Origin: Chiloscyllium plagiosum
Taxonomy: Eukaryota
DNA length: 64,000 nucleotides
Assembly: GCF_004010195.1 (NCBI RefSeq)
Contig: NC_057756.1
Coordinates: 4,634,504-4,698,503, forward strand
Reading direction: 5' to 3'
Below are positions 38,760 to 52,458 of this stretch, piece by piece (position 1 is the stretch's first letter; each line of letters begins with the position of its first letter). The notes under the pieces were generated by a model. That model did no database searches. It saw only the letters and a list, made by a program, of their open reading frames with translations, and was not told where the DNA came from. Made by a program: the position numbers and the translations under genes.

Positions 38760-39790
38760 TGACTCCAGTCTCTTACAAATGCAGTAATTGCTTTTTACCA
38801 TGGGGAAATACCACACCGCTTTCTCCCACGTTGTGTGTCGCTGGAGCAGCCTTCAGTTCATTTGTCGCACTTAAGACTTGAAGGATCATCGCAGGCAACA
38901 CGCGTTGCACTGGGTGTTGTACCCCCAACTCAGATTTGTCATTGCCTCAACACACCTTGAATCTCCATGTCCCTTTTGAAACTGGCATTGACTGTACATC
39001 TCACCACTACTGACTCCCACAATTCAAAGATGTGCAGGTCAGGTGAATTAGTCATGTTGAATTGTCCATAGTGTTAAGTGCATTAGTAAGAGTGAAGAGG
39101 GTCTGGGTGGGTTACTCTTTGGAGAATCGGTGTGGATTGTTGAGCTGAAGGGCCTGTTTCCACAATGTAGGGAATCTAATCTAATCTACTAGCAAACTGC
39201 AACAAGCTCCCCACGACCAATTTAGTTTCATACTAGCGCTTTAAATTTACCACTTACCACGCTAGCCATGAGACCAACCTCTGACGTTTCCTCAAACTCA
39301 TCATCGAGATGCACACCTCATCGACACCACAGTGGTAATGAATGTGTAAACTGTCAATCCCTCTCGCAATAATCCATGACCGCTCTTGTATTGTCACTGA
39401 GACGGTCTTGCCAAACCTAGTGTGCAGAATTTTCCCCTTCACCATCCATGTCCTTCAATACCTCAAGGCTGAATGTAGTAGTTTTACAAACATCCTTAAA
39501 CAGCACTTCCCATATCTACAACCATTTCCGCAGAAAAGGCAAAAGACAACAAAATCATGACAATGCAACCACCTGCAGGTTGTCCTGCAAACAGTTCACC
39601 ATCTTGATTTTGAAAACATATCGTGTCTCCTTCACTTCCACGGAGTCTAAATGATGTTTTTCTTCCCTGCTGGAATTGGGCTCTAACTACAGGATATAGA
39701 GCGGAATGGTAAAAGAACCCAATTCACCACCACATTCTCAAGGCATCGAGGGATGGTCATTAAATGCTTGTCAAGCCAGCGATGTCCATG
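38760..39790 (+). mobile_element. CR1/L2-group LINE 3' fragments with nested partial HE1 SINE (about 39015-39190)
   Basis: MGKYHTAFS...LKT*RIIA-type remnant similar to the 6190 element; HE1 3' half with TAATC tail inside. Confidence 0.55.
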
Positions 39791-40464
39791 ATTCACATGA
39801 TGGTTACACACCCAGGAATATTTGAAAGTTAGATTTTATCTGACAGGCAGGGGAAAGATATCTTGAAGTTGCGTTAGGCACAGTTAATTTGTAATGAGGG
39901 TGATAAAGGATGATAATTCCACTTTTAGGATTTTCACCGCTCACCAGTGAGACACTCCACTGAACATCGAGACATTGTTTCAAAAAATTGACTTTATGAT
40001 CTCATGGTCGAACATATTTTCCTCAACATGACAAACTACTCGTCCAAGTTTCTACCAGTGATCCACTTCCTTCCAGACCTGGGAAGACTCCACTGTAGAT
40101 TTCTCATGGCAGAAGTACAGTTCATGTGGGGCTGAAAACGTCTCTTGGTTTATATTTTAGCACTTCGTTTGCAATCTCTATATTTTTGTGTAAGATTGAA
40201 CATTCTTCGGGGCTCCCTTTGGTACATTTAGAAAACCCCGCTTCTGCCGTTGAACATTTCATTTTTCGAATGAGTGAAACAGATTCTTCATCAGGTTTTC
40301 AACTATTTGTGTTCTCAGTTTGGAAAGTTGGTTTCAGTCAGATGAGATGGTCATCGAAGACTGGTTAAATCTCACCAACTGTGTTCCCAGTTGGGAAATT
40401 CGTTTCTCACCCTGTTGTTTGACAAATTAGCCAGTTACCAACTGAGGCACATTCAACTGTCAGT

Positions 40465-40536
40465 TCAGTCACTTTCTTCATGTTGAGAATCCTTGGTTTC
40501 ATCGTCAGGCATGTGTTTCATTCTTTTGTGTCCACC
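40465..40536 (-). CDS. Candidate terminal cytoplasmic exon (GGHKRMKHMPDDETKDSQHEESD*)
   Basis: Strong acceptor tttctgttgttctttggtgtcag; phase 0 fits the 50-nt exon 198 nt upstream. The duplicated version at 40925-40878 reads GGHKRMKHRPDDVVH*. Confidence 0.4.
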   Translation of the reverse strand, partial: GGHKRMKHMPDDETKDSQHEESD

Positions 40537-41281
40537 CTGACACCAAAGAACAACAGAAATTATCAAAGATCCTTGAGAATTTACGTGGTTTCAATCATGA
40601 TAGGCTTTAAATTATCAGCTTTATACAGTTGTGCCTTTTGCCTACATTTGGGAATATTTCCATTTTGCTTTGTCTCTTTTTGAATTTTTGGACATTTTAA
40701 TGATTGTGGCAATTGAAAGACCTTTTCTAGTTACCTCATTTCTTCCAAGTCTCCTTCTACCGCTCTTGACTGTTTGGTCACAGTCTATTACACGCCATCA
40801 TATTTCTCAGTAAGGAAAACAATTACCTGTATCTAACTTTGCCCTACGTCCGTGTATTTAATTCGACCCTCCACAACTTAATGTACAACATCGTCAGGCC
40901 TGTGTTTCATTCTCTTGTGTCCACCCTGACACCAAAGAACAACAGAAATTATCAAAGATCCTTGAGAATTTACGTGGTTTCAATCATGATAGGCTTTAAA
41001 TTATCAGCTTTATACAGTTGTGCCTTTTGCCTACATTTGGGAATATTTCCATTTTGCTTTGTCTCTTTTTGAATTTTTGGACATTTTAATGATTGTGTCA
41101 ATTGAAAGAATTTTTCTAGTTACCTCTTTTCTTCCAAGTCTCCTTCTACTGCTCTTGACTGTTTGGTCACAGTCTATTACACGCCATCATATTTCTCAGT
41201 AAGGAAAACAATTACCTGTATCTAACTTTGCCCTACCTCCGTGTATTTAATTCGACCCTCCACAACTTAATGTACAACATC
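40500..41281. repeat. 389-bp tandem duplication (40500-40888, 40889-41277)
   Basis: About 8 substitutions counted between units; CATC at all three junctions (40500, 40889, 41278). Confidence 0.97.
41124..41173 (-). CDS. Candidate 50-nt cytoplasmic exon (xCDQTVKSSRRRLGRKE); second copy at 40735-40784
   Basis: taatag|AC...GAG|GTAACT, phase 1 to 0, open in both duplicates; acceptor weak. Confidence 0.35.
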
Positions 41282-41665
41282 CAAAATTCGTCATGAGGAA
41301 AGATAAATTATCAGTCAAACATGCAAATATAATTTGAACTGAAAACAAGTTTAATAGCAATAATCATTCACACAAGGAACTAATTTGTTCAGCAAGTGGG
41401 TGTTTCATGTCTTTTGAAATTTTGCTTTACAAAATTAAAAGGTACTTGTTCTTCGAGAGATGTAGCAGAATATTGTTGTAAAGATATGAGCAAAAAGAAA
41501 CAAATGTAACGATGTAGGCATTTACAGTGGGAGAGATCATTTGCTTCCAAGAAAAATCAAAGAATTTCTCAGCTTCTACCCAAATTATGGTGAAATGTAA
41601 TATATTAATCAACTACAATGGATCACTATATCTTAAACTTGACAATAAATTGCCAATGCACAGTT

Positions 41666-42946
41666 TAAAAATCACACAACACCAGGTTGTAGTCCAACAG
41701 GTTTAATTGGAGGCACTAGCTTTCTGAGTGCCGCTCCTTCATCAGGTAGGCCAAGTCAGCATTATTTTGTTAAGGAGTGATCCTACCTTCGTCAGGTGAT
41801 TATGATGTATGAGATTGTAAGACACAGAATTTATAGCAAAAGTTTACAGTGTGATGTAACTGAAATTATATATTGAAAAAGACCTGAATTGATTGCTAAT
41901 TCTCTCATCTGTTAGAATGACCATTTTGGTTTCAGTTCTTTCATATGTAAATCGCAAAACGTTTTAAGTTATGTTCTCAAGTGAACTTTAACAATTGGTG
42001 TCTGTCAGCCCAGATAATGTATTGAAGGTGTTAGCAACCCTGTGTGATCCTGTCTGTGCCGCAAAATTTAGACTGATTCTAATAATAAAAAAATCAATTT
42101 ACAGTATCTTACATGAATTCATGCAGTTTTTGAGCGAAATAAATTGTAAATCTGCGAGTACAAATTCACCCTACAAACTTATATGTGTATATGTGCATGT
42201 GGCTGTGTATGTGTGTGGGGGGTGTGAGTGTCTGTGAGACAGTGGGTGCATGTGTGTGAGTGTGAGTATAAATCGGTATATGTCATGTGTGCGTGTGTTT
42301 GTGTTTGTGTGTGTGAGAGTCTGTGTGAGACAGTGTGTGAGAGACAGTGTGTGTGAGAGTGTGTGTGAGAGAGAGAAAGGTTAGATTAGAATCAGGCTAA
42401 ACATTGTGGCACAGACAGTATCACACAGGGGAGCTCACGCCTTCAATACATTATCTAGGCTGGCAGACACCAATTGTTGAAGTTCACTTGAGAATGTAAC
42501 TTTGAAAAAATGTTTTGTGATTTACATATGAAAGAACTGTAAACAACATGGTCATTCTAACAGATGAACTTAACAATCCAGGTCTTTTCAATATATAATT
42601 TCTTCAATACATTATCTAGGCTGGCAGACACCAATTGCTGAAGTTCACTTGAGAATGTAACTTTGAAAAAATGTTTTGCGATTTACATATGAAAGAACTG
42701 TAAACAACATGGTCATTCTAACAGATGAACTTAACAATCCAGGTCTTTTCAATATATAATTTCAGTTACATCACACTGTAAACTTTTGCTATAAGTTCTG
42801 TATCTTACAATCTTATACTCCACGACACTTGATGAAGGAGTGGCGCTCCAAAAGCTAGGGCTTCCAATTAATCCTATTGGACTATAACCTGGCGTTGTAT
42901 GATTTTTAACTTTGTACACCTCAGTCCAACACAGGCATCTCTAAAT
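41666..42946. mobile_element. 1.3-kb fold-back Penelope-derived element (family 2) with inverted arms and 11-bp flanking direct repeat
   Basis: Arms about 41666-42090 and 42385-42910 are reverse complements around a TG/GA-rich spacer. AATGCACAGTT at 41655-41665 and 42947-42957. Internal 161-bp tandem duplication (42441/42602). Degenerate hammerheads in both arms. Confidence 0.9.
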
Positions 42947-43976
42947 AATGCACAGTTAGTACATCTTGCTAAACGTTTGGTTCTAATTATGTTTCCACAA
43001 TAATAGTCTATGTTTTATTGTTGGCATTGCAGAAATACACCGAAAAGGCAAACAATTTCTGGCAAAGAAGGCAGTGTTCATTCTCATTAAACATGTGCTG
43101 CATTTTAAAAATCTATACTCTCATAGCGTGGGGTAGAAATTCCAATCAATCCTGACCACTGACATGAAAGCATTTATATTGATATAAATGAAACAAAGTT
43201 GACATTGAACATAACATTTGGATCTTTTTGTAATGAACAAATAATGGAAACTCGCAAATACACATCGCTGCCATCATATGATGAGTGATAACTTAGCAAA
43301 TAGCGGGTGAAGAAGATAATACTGACTACCTTGTGGCAAAGGCCAAGCTGATGTTACGAATAGGCGTTAGAAATTGAAATTAACAATCATTACTGTTGCA
43401 AAGTATAACCCAATTGTGTTGAACACCAGATGAGAATGTCACGCAACATGCGACTTGCGTTGCACTTTGGATGGAAAAGTCTTCCTATAGATCATGTAGG
43501 ATTGCAGCAATGCTTCAGAGCACTTCCTAATTTAATTTGAATCTTCTGGGTTCTTGGTTGTGCCGAGAGATGATACGGGGCCATAATTTCTGCTTGTGAA
43601 TTCCGTGCAGTACAATTCATATTCAAGAGCAGAAACATGAACAAGACATCAATAGGCGCATTCTTTTATCTCCCCACTGACAACACAATTTAATGTGACT
43701 GCTCCAGATGTTTCGAACTGTCAACGACAAGCATTTAATTATTATTCAGTGTCAGCCAAATTTCGATTAACATGATGTTGAATAATCTCCAGGAGATGCC
43801 TATTGCATAGGAAATATACGTGTTTATTTCAAACTTCTCCATTTCGATTAGATTCGCATTCTACCTGCAAAAGAAATGGAAGACTGACTAAGGTCTAAGA
43901 GAATCACGGCAGTTATATTACATTGCAAATTTTCAGAATGCAGCCTTTCTAATATTGAGATCAAACACTCACTTAC

Positions 43977-44095
43977 CAGCACAAAGGCTATTTTCTCAGT
44001 ATTCCTTTTTACGTGCAAGAAAATTTTGATTAACGTCGCCCACGCAAGTGTAATTGCTGCGAAAATTAGTGGGGACGTATAGGACATACTATTTT
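43977..44095 (-). CDS. Orphan transmembrane-like exon (NSMSYTSPLIFAAITLAWATLIKIFLHVKRNTEKIAFVL)
   Basis: Perfect donor CTG|GTAAGT; 19-aa hydrophobic run followed by HVKR. Acceptor uncertain (GAG at 44096 or TAG at 44089). Confidence 0.4.
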
Positions 44096-44175
44096 CTCAA
44101 AATAATTGTTGTACCATGTCACAAATCCTTATGCCTGGCCACGATAATGAACGGAGGAACAACAGGTCATTTGTT

Positions 44176-44515
44176 GGGAGCAATACGGTGGCTCAGCGAT
44201 TAGCAATACTGCCTCGCAGCACCAGGGATACGGATTCAACTTCAGCCCTGGACAACTGCCTGATTGGAGTTTGCACAGTTTCCCTGTGTCTGCGTCAGTT
44301 TCCCCCGGGTGCTCCGGTTTCCTCCCACACTCCAAAGACGTGTCAGATAGGTGAAATCTCCATTCTAAATTGTCCATAGCATTCAGGGATGTGTAGGCTC
44401 GCTGCATTAGTCATGGGAAATGCAGGGGAACGCGTATGGGTGGGATACTCTTCGGACGTTCAGTGTGGACTTGTCCAGACCAAATGACCTGTTTCGACAC
44501 TGTACAGATTCTATC
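44176..44515 (+). mobile_element. HE1-type SINE, diverged
   Basis: Colinear with young HE1 copies. Confidence 0.85.
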
Positions 44516-46786
44516 ATAATTATTGACTCACGGAAAAAGCGTGATTTTACTCACTTGCCTTGCATTTATTTCCAAACAATAATTGCCATGAAGAAGTTGG
44601 TTCTGAGCGTAGTATTGAACCTTTCCACTCAATTTATGGCTGTTACGGTGGGATTAATGGAATTTTAACAATGCAGCAACGACTGAATAATACTATAATA
44701 CGAGGTGAGGCCCATATGTGTTTTAGAGGTGAACACTTTCGGTACTGTTCCTATGAATCTGCTGCGCTCATACTTCCATGTGCAAGACGTATGAAATTAG
44801 AAATGAAGTGGCTAAAGAATCCTGGTCAGTTGCTGCAATATGTGCTGTCAATTGCACTTAAAGCAATGTATTCTGTTCCTCTCTTCATCCTGACAACGTG
44901 TGTAACCCCACATTTCCCCATAGTTAATTCAATTGTCAATTTTTAACCCATTTGTTTAAATGTTTTTTTTTCATCTTCGCCCATGAAATCCCTATTACTT
45001 TCATTCATTCACAAACTCGGTTGTTGAATATTGTGTAGTCGCTTTCCTCATCCAGGTCATTAATAGAAAACATAAATAATTGTGACACATCTCTGTCCTT
45101 GTGGACATCATGAGTTACTGATTGCCACTCTGAAAATGGTTAACTTATCAAACGTGCGCTCTGGTATTAAATTGTCATTTTTGTATCCATGTCAGTATGC
45201 TTATTCCAACACCATGGGCTTTTATCTTGTTAAGTGGCCCAATATATGCTTCCTTATCGAACGCCTTTTGAAAATTAAAGCACACTACATCAATTACTTT
45301 CCAGTTGTCTATTCTGCTCCGTACCATCACAACTCATTCTAGTAAATTTGTCAGGGGCATTATCCCCTTCACAAAACTTTGCTCACTCGGTTTGATTGCA
45401 TTATGTACATCTAAATGCTTTCCTGTAACATCCATTATTATATGCTTTAAAATTTTGCCTGAATACATTTTAAGCTCGCCGACATTTGGTTACTGGTTTG
45501 GAGGCCCCTTCCATTTATCAAAATGTACAAATTTGTTAGTAGGGACAACGGAGATAGTTGCAGGACATAAAACCATTTTAATCTTCTATTCAATTCAATA
45601 CCATGACGACTGGACGCATTTTATCTGAAGTTCGTCTCCTCTGTAGCTCTCTCTCTAATGTCTTTGTCTCTGTTGAAGAACACCAATAACGTTACGACTC
45701 TTGCTTTCCCCAGGCTAGTGACTGCACCATTTTTTGTCTTCAACTCTGTTCAAAAGGTAGCAATTTTATTGTTTAAACTGCCCCAGCTATTTCGATTCTC
45801 TGACGTGGAAGAAAACATTATCTTGTGACATAAACTGTGGACTTCATATGCTTTATGGCAAGCCTTGCTTACTTGTTTGCTATTTGTTCTGGCCCAGTAG
45901 CTCGAGGGTTTGTAGTTAAAACTAAATTCTAAGCAATTTCATAGCTATGTTAATTTATTTTCCAAGGTTGTTGAGAACTGGTGACAAACAGAGTTGGCTT
46001 TGTGGACTACCACTTGACTTCTTTTAATTTTATATTTTTGTACAATAAAAACAAAATCGACTCATCAAAGTTTGTTGGATGCTCTTGAAACTGTGACTTT
46101 ATTATTAATTTATCAGAATTGAAAAATATGGCTGAGAGGGACATCTTTAAATTTCAGTTTTCACTGAGTGGAGTCGTCCTGTGAAATGCTTGGAAATGGT
46201 TATATAGATTCTGAGAAGGTAAGCGTATAATGTGGATTCAGTTACCTCATGTTGAGCAGTTTCTGTAACTGTGAGAGGAGAAGTGTCAAGATAAAACCAT
46301 GAAAATGGAACCTCAGGCTAAGTACATTTAAGCATAGATGTATCAGTCTTTCCCAAAGAGGTATCGGCGTGTTGTCTGAAAAGTAACTTACATCTTACTG
46401 AGGAGTTAATTTTGGATGCGAGTGGCATTTTGGGAATAGTAACTGTGCTTTGAGTTAAATGAAACAGCTGTGTTGTTAGTTTTCAATACATAGACTTTCT
46501 TTTTGGATCTGTGTATTCAAGCTGTCATTGTGTGCTTAAAGATAACTTAGAATCATTCTAAATAAGATTTTATGCAGACCATAAGACGATAAGATATATA
46601 TGTACATTTAAGCCATTCGGCCCATCGAATCTGCTCCACCTTTCAATCATGGCTGATACGTTTCTCCATTCCATTCTCTTACGTTTTTCCCATAACAACG
46701 GATACATTTGACAATCAATGTCCTCAGCCAGGATTCTGTCTGGTATCCAATTTGTTTGAGTAATAACATCAGGGCTGTTCATTAGA

Positions 46787-48900
46787 ACATACACCATACA
46801 ACTGTACAGCACGGTACAGACACTTCAGCCCTTGATGTTGTGCCAGCCTTTTATCCTTCTAATATCAGACTAAACAATATGCCCTTCAGTGTACTATCTT
46901 CCATGTGCCTATCCATAACGTATCTGTCACTTCTACCAATGCCAGAAGTGCATTTTGTGCACCCACCACTCTCTGTGTAAAGAACCTACCCGTGACATCT
47001 CTCTTAAAACTTTCTCCAATCACCTTAAAGTTATGTTCACTCTTAACAGACTGTTCTGCCATGGGAAAAAGATATCTGGCTATGCACTTTATATATGGCT
47101 CGCAACATCTTGCACACGTCCATCAAGTCACCTCTCATCCTTCTTCTCTCCAATGACAAAAGCCGACTCCCTCAAACTTTCTTCATAAGGCATGCCCTCC
47201 AGCCCAAGCAGCACCCTAGCAAATACCCTCTGCAAACTGCCTAAAGCTTCCACGTCTTTCCTTTAATGTGGCAAACATAACTGAACAAAATATTCCGAGT
47301 TTGGTCGAACCAGGGCTTGATAGAGCTGTAGCATAATCTCGTAGCTCTTAAACTCAATATTCCTGCTAACGAAAACCAACATACCATACATCTTCCTAAC
47401 AATCTGATCAACTTGGGTGGCGCCTTTGAGGGATTTATGGACATAGACCCCAAGATCACTTTGTTTCTCTACACTGACAAGAGTCCTGCCTTTAACCCTG
47501 TATTCTGCATTCAAGCTTCACACTTTTCCAAGTTGAACTCCATCTGTCACTTATCAGCCCAATTCTGCATCATGTCGATGTCCTGTTTCAACCTACACTA
47601 TCCACAACTCCACCAACCTTCGTGCAATCAGTAAACGTCCTTACCAATCCTTCCATTTTCTCATTCAATCATTACGAAGTTCAGAGATCCCAGAACAGAT
47701 CCCCGAATAACACCACTGGTCACCAAGCTCCGGCTGAATACTTTCCATCTACCAGCACCCTCTGTCTTTTAGGGGCCAGCTTATTCTGTATTGAGACAAC
47801 CATATTTCCCTGTACCTCATGTCACCTTACTTTCTGAATGAGCCTGCCATGGGAACTTTATTAAACGCCTTGCTAAAATCCACATGCACCACATCCACGG
47901 CTCTCCCTTTATCAATGTGATTTGTCACATCTTCAAGGAATTTAGTAAGGTTTGTTAGGTATGACCTGCCCCTCATAACGCCATGCTGACTATCTCTAAT
48001 CAAAGTTTGGTTTTCCATGTAATCATAAATCCTGTGACTCAGAATCCTATCCAATACTTTGCCCACCACTAACACAAGACTGACTGCTCCCTTACTACCA
48101 CGAATATCCCTATGCCTTTTCTTGAACAGGTAACATTTGTCACCCTCCAATTATCTGGCACTAATCCGGTGAAAAGTGAGGATGCAAACATCATCGCCAA
48201 AGGCCCAGTAAAACTTTCTTTTCTTCCTGTAGTCTCCTATGTTTTCTCAAGTTTGGCCCAAGGGATTTATCTATCCTTACTTTTTTCAAATTTTTCAGCA
48301 CATCCGACTTCTAACACAAGCTGCCCTAGCCCTTGTTCACTCTGTCTTCAGAAAGGTCAAGTTCCCTGTCAGTCGTGAATACTGAAGCAAACGATTAATT
48401 AAGGACCTCTGCTACATTCTCCAACTCAAGGCACAAATTCCCTCCACTATCCCTGAGCGACACTACCCTCACTCTCGCCATCTTCTTGTTCCTCACATAA
48501 GTGTAGAACGCCTTCGAGTAGCTTTTTTTTCTTAATCTTAAACGCAAAAACGTTTTCATGCCCCCTTCTAGCTTCAGTTACTTCCTAGCTACCTTGTAGC
48601 CATCTAAAGGTCTGTCTGATCATTGTCTCCACAACCTTAAGTAAGCTTCCTTCTCCCTCTTGACTAGATATTTCACATTCCTTGTCACCCAAGATTCTTT
48701 AAACTTATCATCCCTTCCTTCTCTCAGTGGGAATGCCTCTCCAGCATTATCTGCAAGTGCTTCCTAAACAACCTCCATATGTCGTGCATTTACCTGAGAA
48801 CGTCTGTTTCCAAATTTGACACCTCAGTTCCTGCCTAATAGCATTGTAATTCCCCCTCCCCAATTAACTATTTTCCCATACCTTTGCTCCCTCTCCATGA
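46787..48900 (-). mobile_element. CR1/HER1 LINE ORF2 (RT to 3' UTR), disrupted
   Basis: LIRDSQHGVMRGRSYLTNL...VDFSKAFNKVP; MLQLYQALVRPNSEYFVQL. Confidence 0.93.
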
Positions 48901-49409
48901 GTATCATCATTACAACCTCAATATTCATTCTATTCATTTTGAATATGCTAGTATATTTTTCTTTAAGGTTGATTCTTTATTCACTAAAGAATAGTGAGTA
49001 TAGTACCTAAGTGGTGCTTATTTTTCATTAATAAGAGAAGCCTTCCTTCTCGGGAAATGTATCTATATTTAGGTAAGTACACCAAAACTATGCATAGTAT
49101 TCTCCCAGGTTCAGTTTTACCAATGCTTTTTATGATGTTTGCAAAGTTTCACAATTCATACGTTAGATTTCTCTTGAAATGAAAATTAACATTCCGTTTG
49201 ACTTCTTGATATGTTTTTCCTGATCTTGTATAATAAAATATTGTGTTTCCTGAAAAACACACCAAATTCATTCTGCTTCAAACTGTTTCCGAACTGAGAG
49301 ATGGTTCCTATAATGAGAACTGAGAATATTACGTTGCTACCATCTATAGTTCAGAAGATAATTAAGACAGAATGAAAAATTAGAAGCAAGGTATTGCACA
49401 TGCTGATGT

Positions 49410-49750
49410 AAAAGAGAACATAAAATACTGGAAAAACACAGGAGGTCAACCAGTATCTGTGGGTAGAGAACACTGTGAAAAAGAAGGACCAGGACCATTT
49501 AAATAGTAAGTGCTTCTGGAACAAAAAAGCAAGTGCAGTGTTAGTGGTATTAAGAGATGATAGAAATGAAGAGTACATGTTAAGTAGTCATTTATCAAAA
49601 AAGAATCATTCAACTCTGTTGAGACCAAACCCATAGAAGGAAGAAAATTAACTATGGGGTAACCAAAATGAAGGATATAGGTTTTTTTTCTGAAGCTGTT
49701 GACTTAACATTGAGTCATGAAGACTGTAATAGTTCTGAAAGAGGTTGATG
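49410..49750 (-). mobile_element. Penelope-derived fragment (family 3), old
   Basis: Degenerate reverse-complement similarity to 58650-59045. Confidence 0.4.
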
Positions 49751-49789
49751 CGATTAATGCAGGCAGCATTTTCCAATGTGAGATGTATG

Positions 49790-51124
49790 GTTTTGAACCA
49801 ATATGACTGTCTTTCACTCAAAATATCATAAAAATATTGTAGGGTCCCCTGCTTGGATTCCTGAAATATTGTCTGGAGCCTTCTGGTGCAAGCTCTTATG
49901 CACTTAAGTTGGCTTTCTTCACCTCCTCATATGCCTCAGGTACCTTTTCTTATCGTGATGCAACTACCTCACTAGCTCTACCTCCAAGCTTTGTTTGGAT
50001 CAACAAAACCCACATGGTCACTGGCCACTCTGTTTGTTTAGCCACTTCTGAAATGAGGTGAAAAAGAATTCTACATCCCTCTCATTAAATTTAGGCAATA
50101 CATGCATATATTTAAACTAATTCTCACCAGGCCTTTGGATATCGTGGGTTTGCTCATCCTCACTCTCTTCCTCACTCAGCTGAACTTCAGCAATCACCGC
50201 CATCCTTTTAAGCTGACTCTCCTAAGTTCCAATTTCTGAAGTTCAAATTCCCTCTATTTCTTCCTTTCCTCTCTCTCCTTCTCTCTCTCTCTTCTATTCT
50301 ATTTTTATCTTCTGTCTCACTCTACACCTCTTTGTCATCTTGTTCTGTTGAAGGGATTCGTTCTTTTTCTCTTCCCGCGGCTTTTAATTGTAATTGAAAA
50401 TCGTAAATTTCCTTTACTCTTTCCTTGTCTTTGTCCCTAACCCAAGCTGCTTCATGCTTAATTGAATTTTTGCCATCTATAAGGATTCCAATGGCATTTC
50501 AAGCAAACTTAAATGATAAGCTGTCGCTATAATTATCTCTCCTTTCCTCACAGAACAAGGCAGCTCCAATTCCAGCAATGTAGCCTTATTCACCTTTTGT
50601 AAAACCCCAAATTCACCTCTTCCACACCCAGAAAACTCCTTGTGATTGAAAGAACCATTACTATCCCAAACAATAACCAAAATATACGCCCTGAACAAAA
50701 GACACTAACAACTATCACTCGATGCCTTCGACTGCAGAAACCTTAATCCCAAATCGGAATTACTTTTTAAAATCCAATCTGCTATCGACCAGGCCAGATC
50801 CCCTCAAAACATTTCAATAAGGAAGCCCAAGCCCTATCTTTTCTAATTGCTTTGTGTAGGTGTTGTGTGGATATTCCAGGATTGGTGCAGCTCGTCAAAG
50901 GCCCTCGATTTTAAACAAAATAGAACTTATTTGCAGAGTACTGAATGAAACACGAAATAAAGAGGTCAGATTAGAGAATAACTTAACCTACCCGAAAACA
51001 CAACAGATAATCCCAATGTAATCATGTTTTTCCAAATGCTTGCATCAGTCTACATTCCACCCCTTTGTAAAATTATGCACAGGTTCTTTACAGGACCGAA
51101 GTCAGAGAGATTCGGTATGTAACA
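49790..51124 (-). mobile_element. Gypsy LTR retrotransposon remnant (partial LTR 50780-51124 plus gag N-terminus)
   Basis: GVLQKVNKATLLELELPCSVRKGEII..AYHLSLLEMPLESL followed by an E/R/K-rich coiled-coil tract; LTR homologous to 11324-11972. Confidence 0.7.
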
Positions 51125-51634
51125 CCAAACTAGATGTGTAAAATCAGCTGTACAAGAATTAAGAATGCTCTAAATTCTATCAAAATTTGAGACAATTAAT
51201 TTATAATATAGCAGCTGTTGCATTACTATGCACATGACGTAACAGGAAGCCACGAGTTGAAAAAAAGTGGTGGCACGAACAGGAAGACAGAAGGTTGACT
51301 TGAAAAAAATGGCATTTAATTAAATAGTGTTTTCACCCAAAAAAAAAATGTTCCAAAGCCAAAGCAAAACATTCAGTTCCAATCTATTGTTGAGAAGTGG
51401 TTCATGTGCGATTAAGTGAAGGAGATTTTGAGATGTTTTCCATAATACTCCCAATCATACATTTCATATAGCTATCCTAACCTTTTTGGCAGGTCAGAAC
51501 GGGAACTTTAAAGTCTTGGTTGATCGTTTCAAAATATCATATATGTGCAGTTTGATGGAAATTGAGAGCTTTAAACAGAACACTTATTGTTTTCATCGAT
51601 CAAACTAATTTTTAGCATTGTATCTTCACTCTAC

Positions 51635-51700
51635 CTGGAGCAACTGAAAGTGTTTGGTGCAGAGCAGAGTTTCTTCTATAATTTATCACTGTCGTATATT
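51635..51700 (-). CDS. Candidate cytoplasmic exon of the minus-strand Ig receptor (EYTTVINYRRNSALHQTLSVAP)
   Basis: taccacatag|AA...CCAG|GTAGAG, 66 nt, symmetric phase 1-1, open. Confidence 0.4.
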
Positions 51701-52298
51701 CTATGTGGTAATAGTATTTAAGGAGTACATTTCATTTTATGCATAGCACGTAAAACCACAAGGAGAGTCACATATGGCCAGATCATAAATGATAATGCCA
51801 GGTAAATATCATAATATATGGAATTTTGAGTGCTCCTAGGGTCATTGAGCAAATGTCTATTTCCATATTCACGTTTATTAATGAACACTGGGTTTTCACT
51901 TTTCAAAGTGCAGTCTGCTTTATTGTCGTTGAATGCATAATTCAAACGCATTGATACCCAGTATAAGGTTTAGTGTGCCGTCCTTCCATGTAAAGGAACC
52001 TACATGTGGTAAGAGAGTAGTCACTCGTACTTGCAAACAGAAAAAATCTATATCCTGGGTCTTTTTCAACTTAACATAATAGACAGACGTGAATTGTTGC
52101 AACAACCAAATACAATCAGACTGCATCGTTTTTTTTTCCCTAAAAGCACTTAACTATTAGTCTTTCCCTATACCATATCAAAGTTGCCTCAAATCCAATT
52201 GCACTGATGTACATTATTTCCTCAGACAGCCGAAAAGATTTTGTCACTTTATTTCCCTTCTTGAGAAAGTCCTCTTGAGTGCAATTCAGATAGAAAAA

Positions 52299-52458
<160 letters not shown>

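Noticed and set aside
51718..51951. ORF containing ITIM-like SIYYDI
   Set aside because: The only in-frame acceptor (aataaagcag) has no pyrimidine tract; short motifs of this kind occur by chance.
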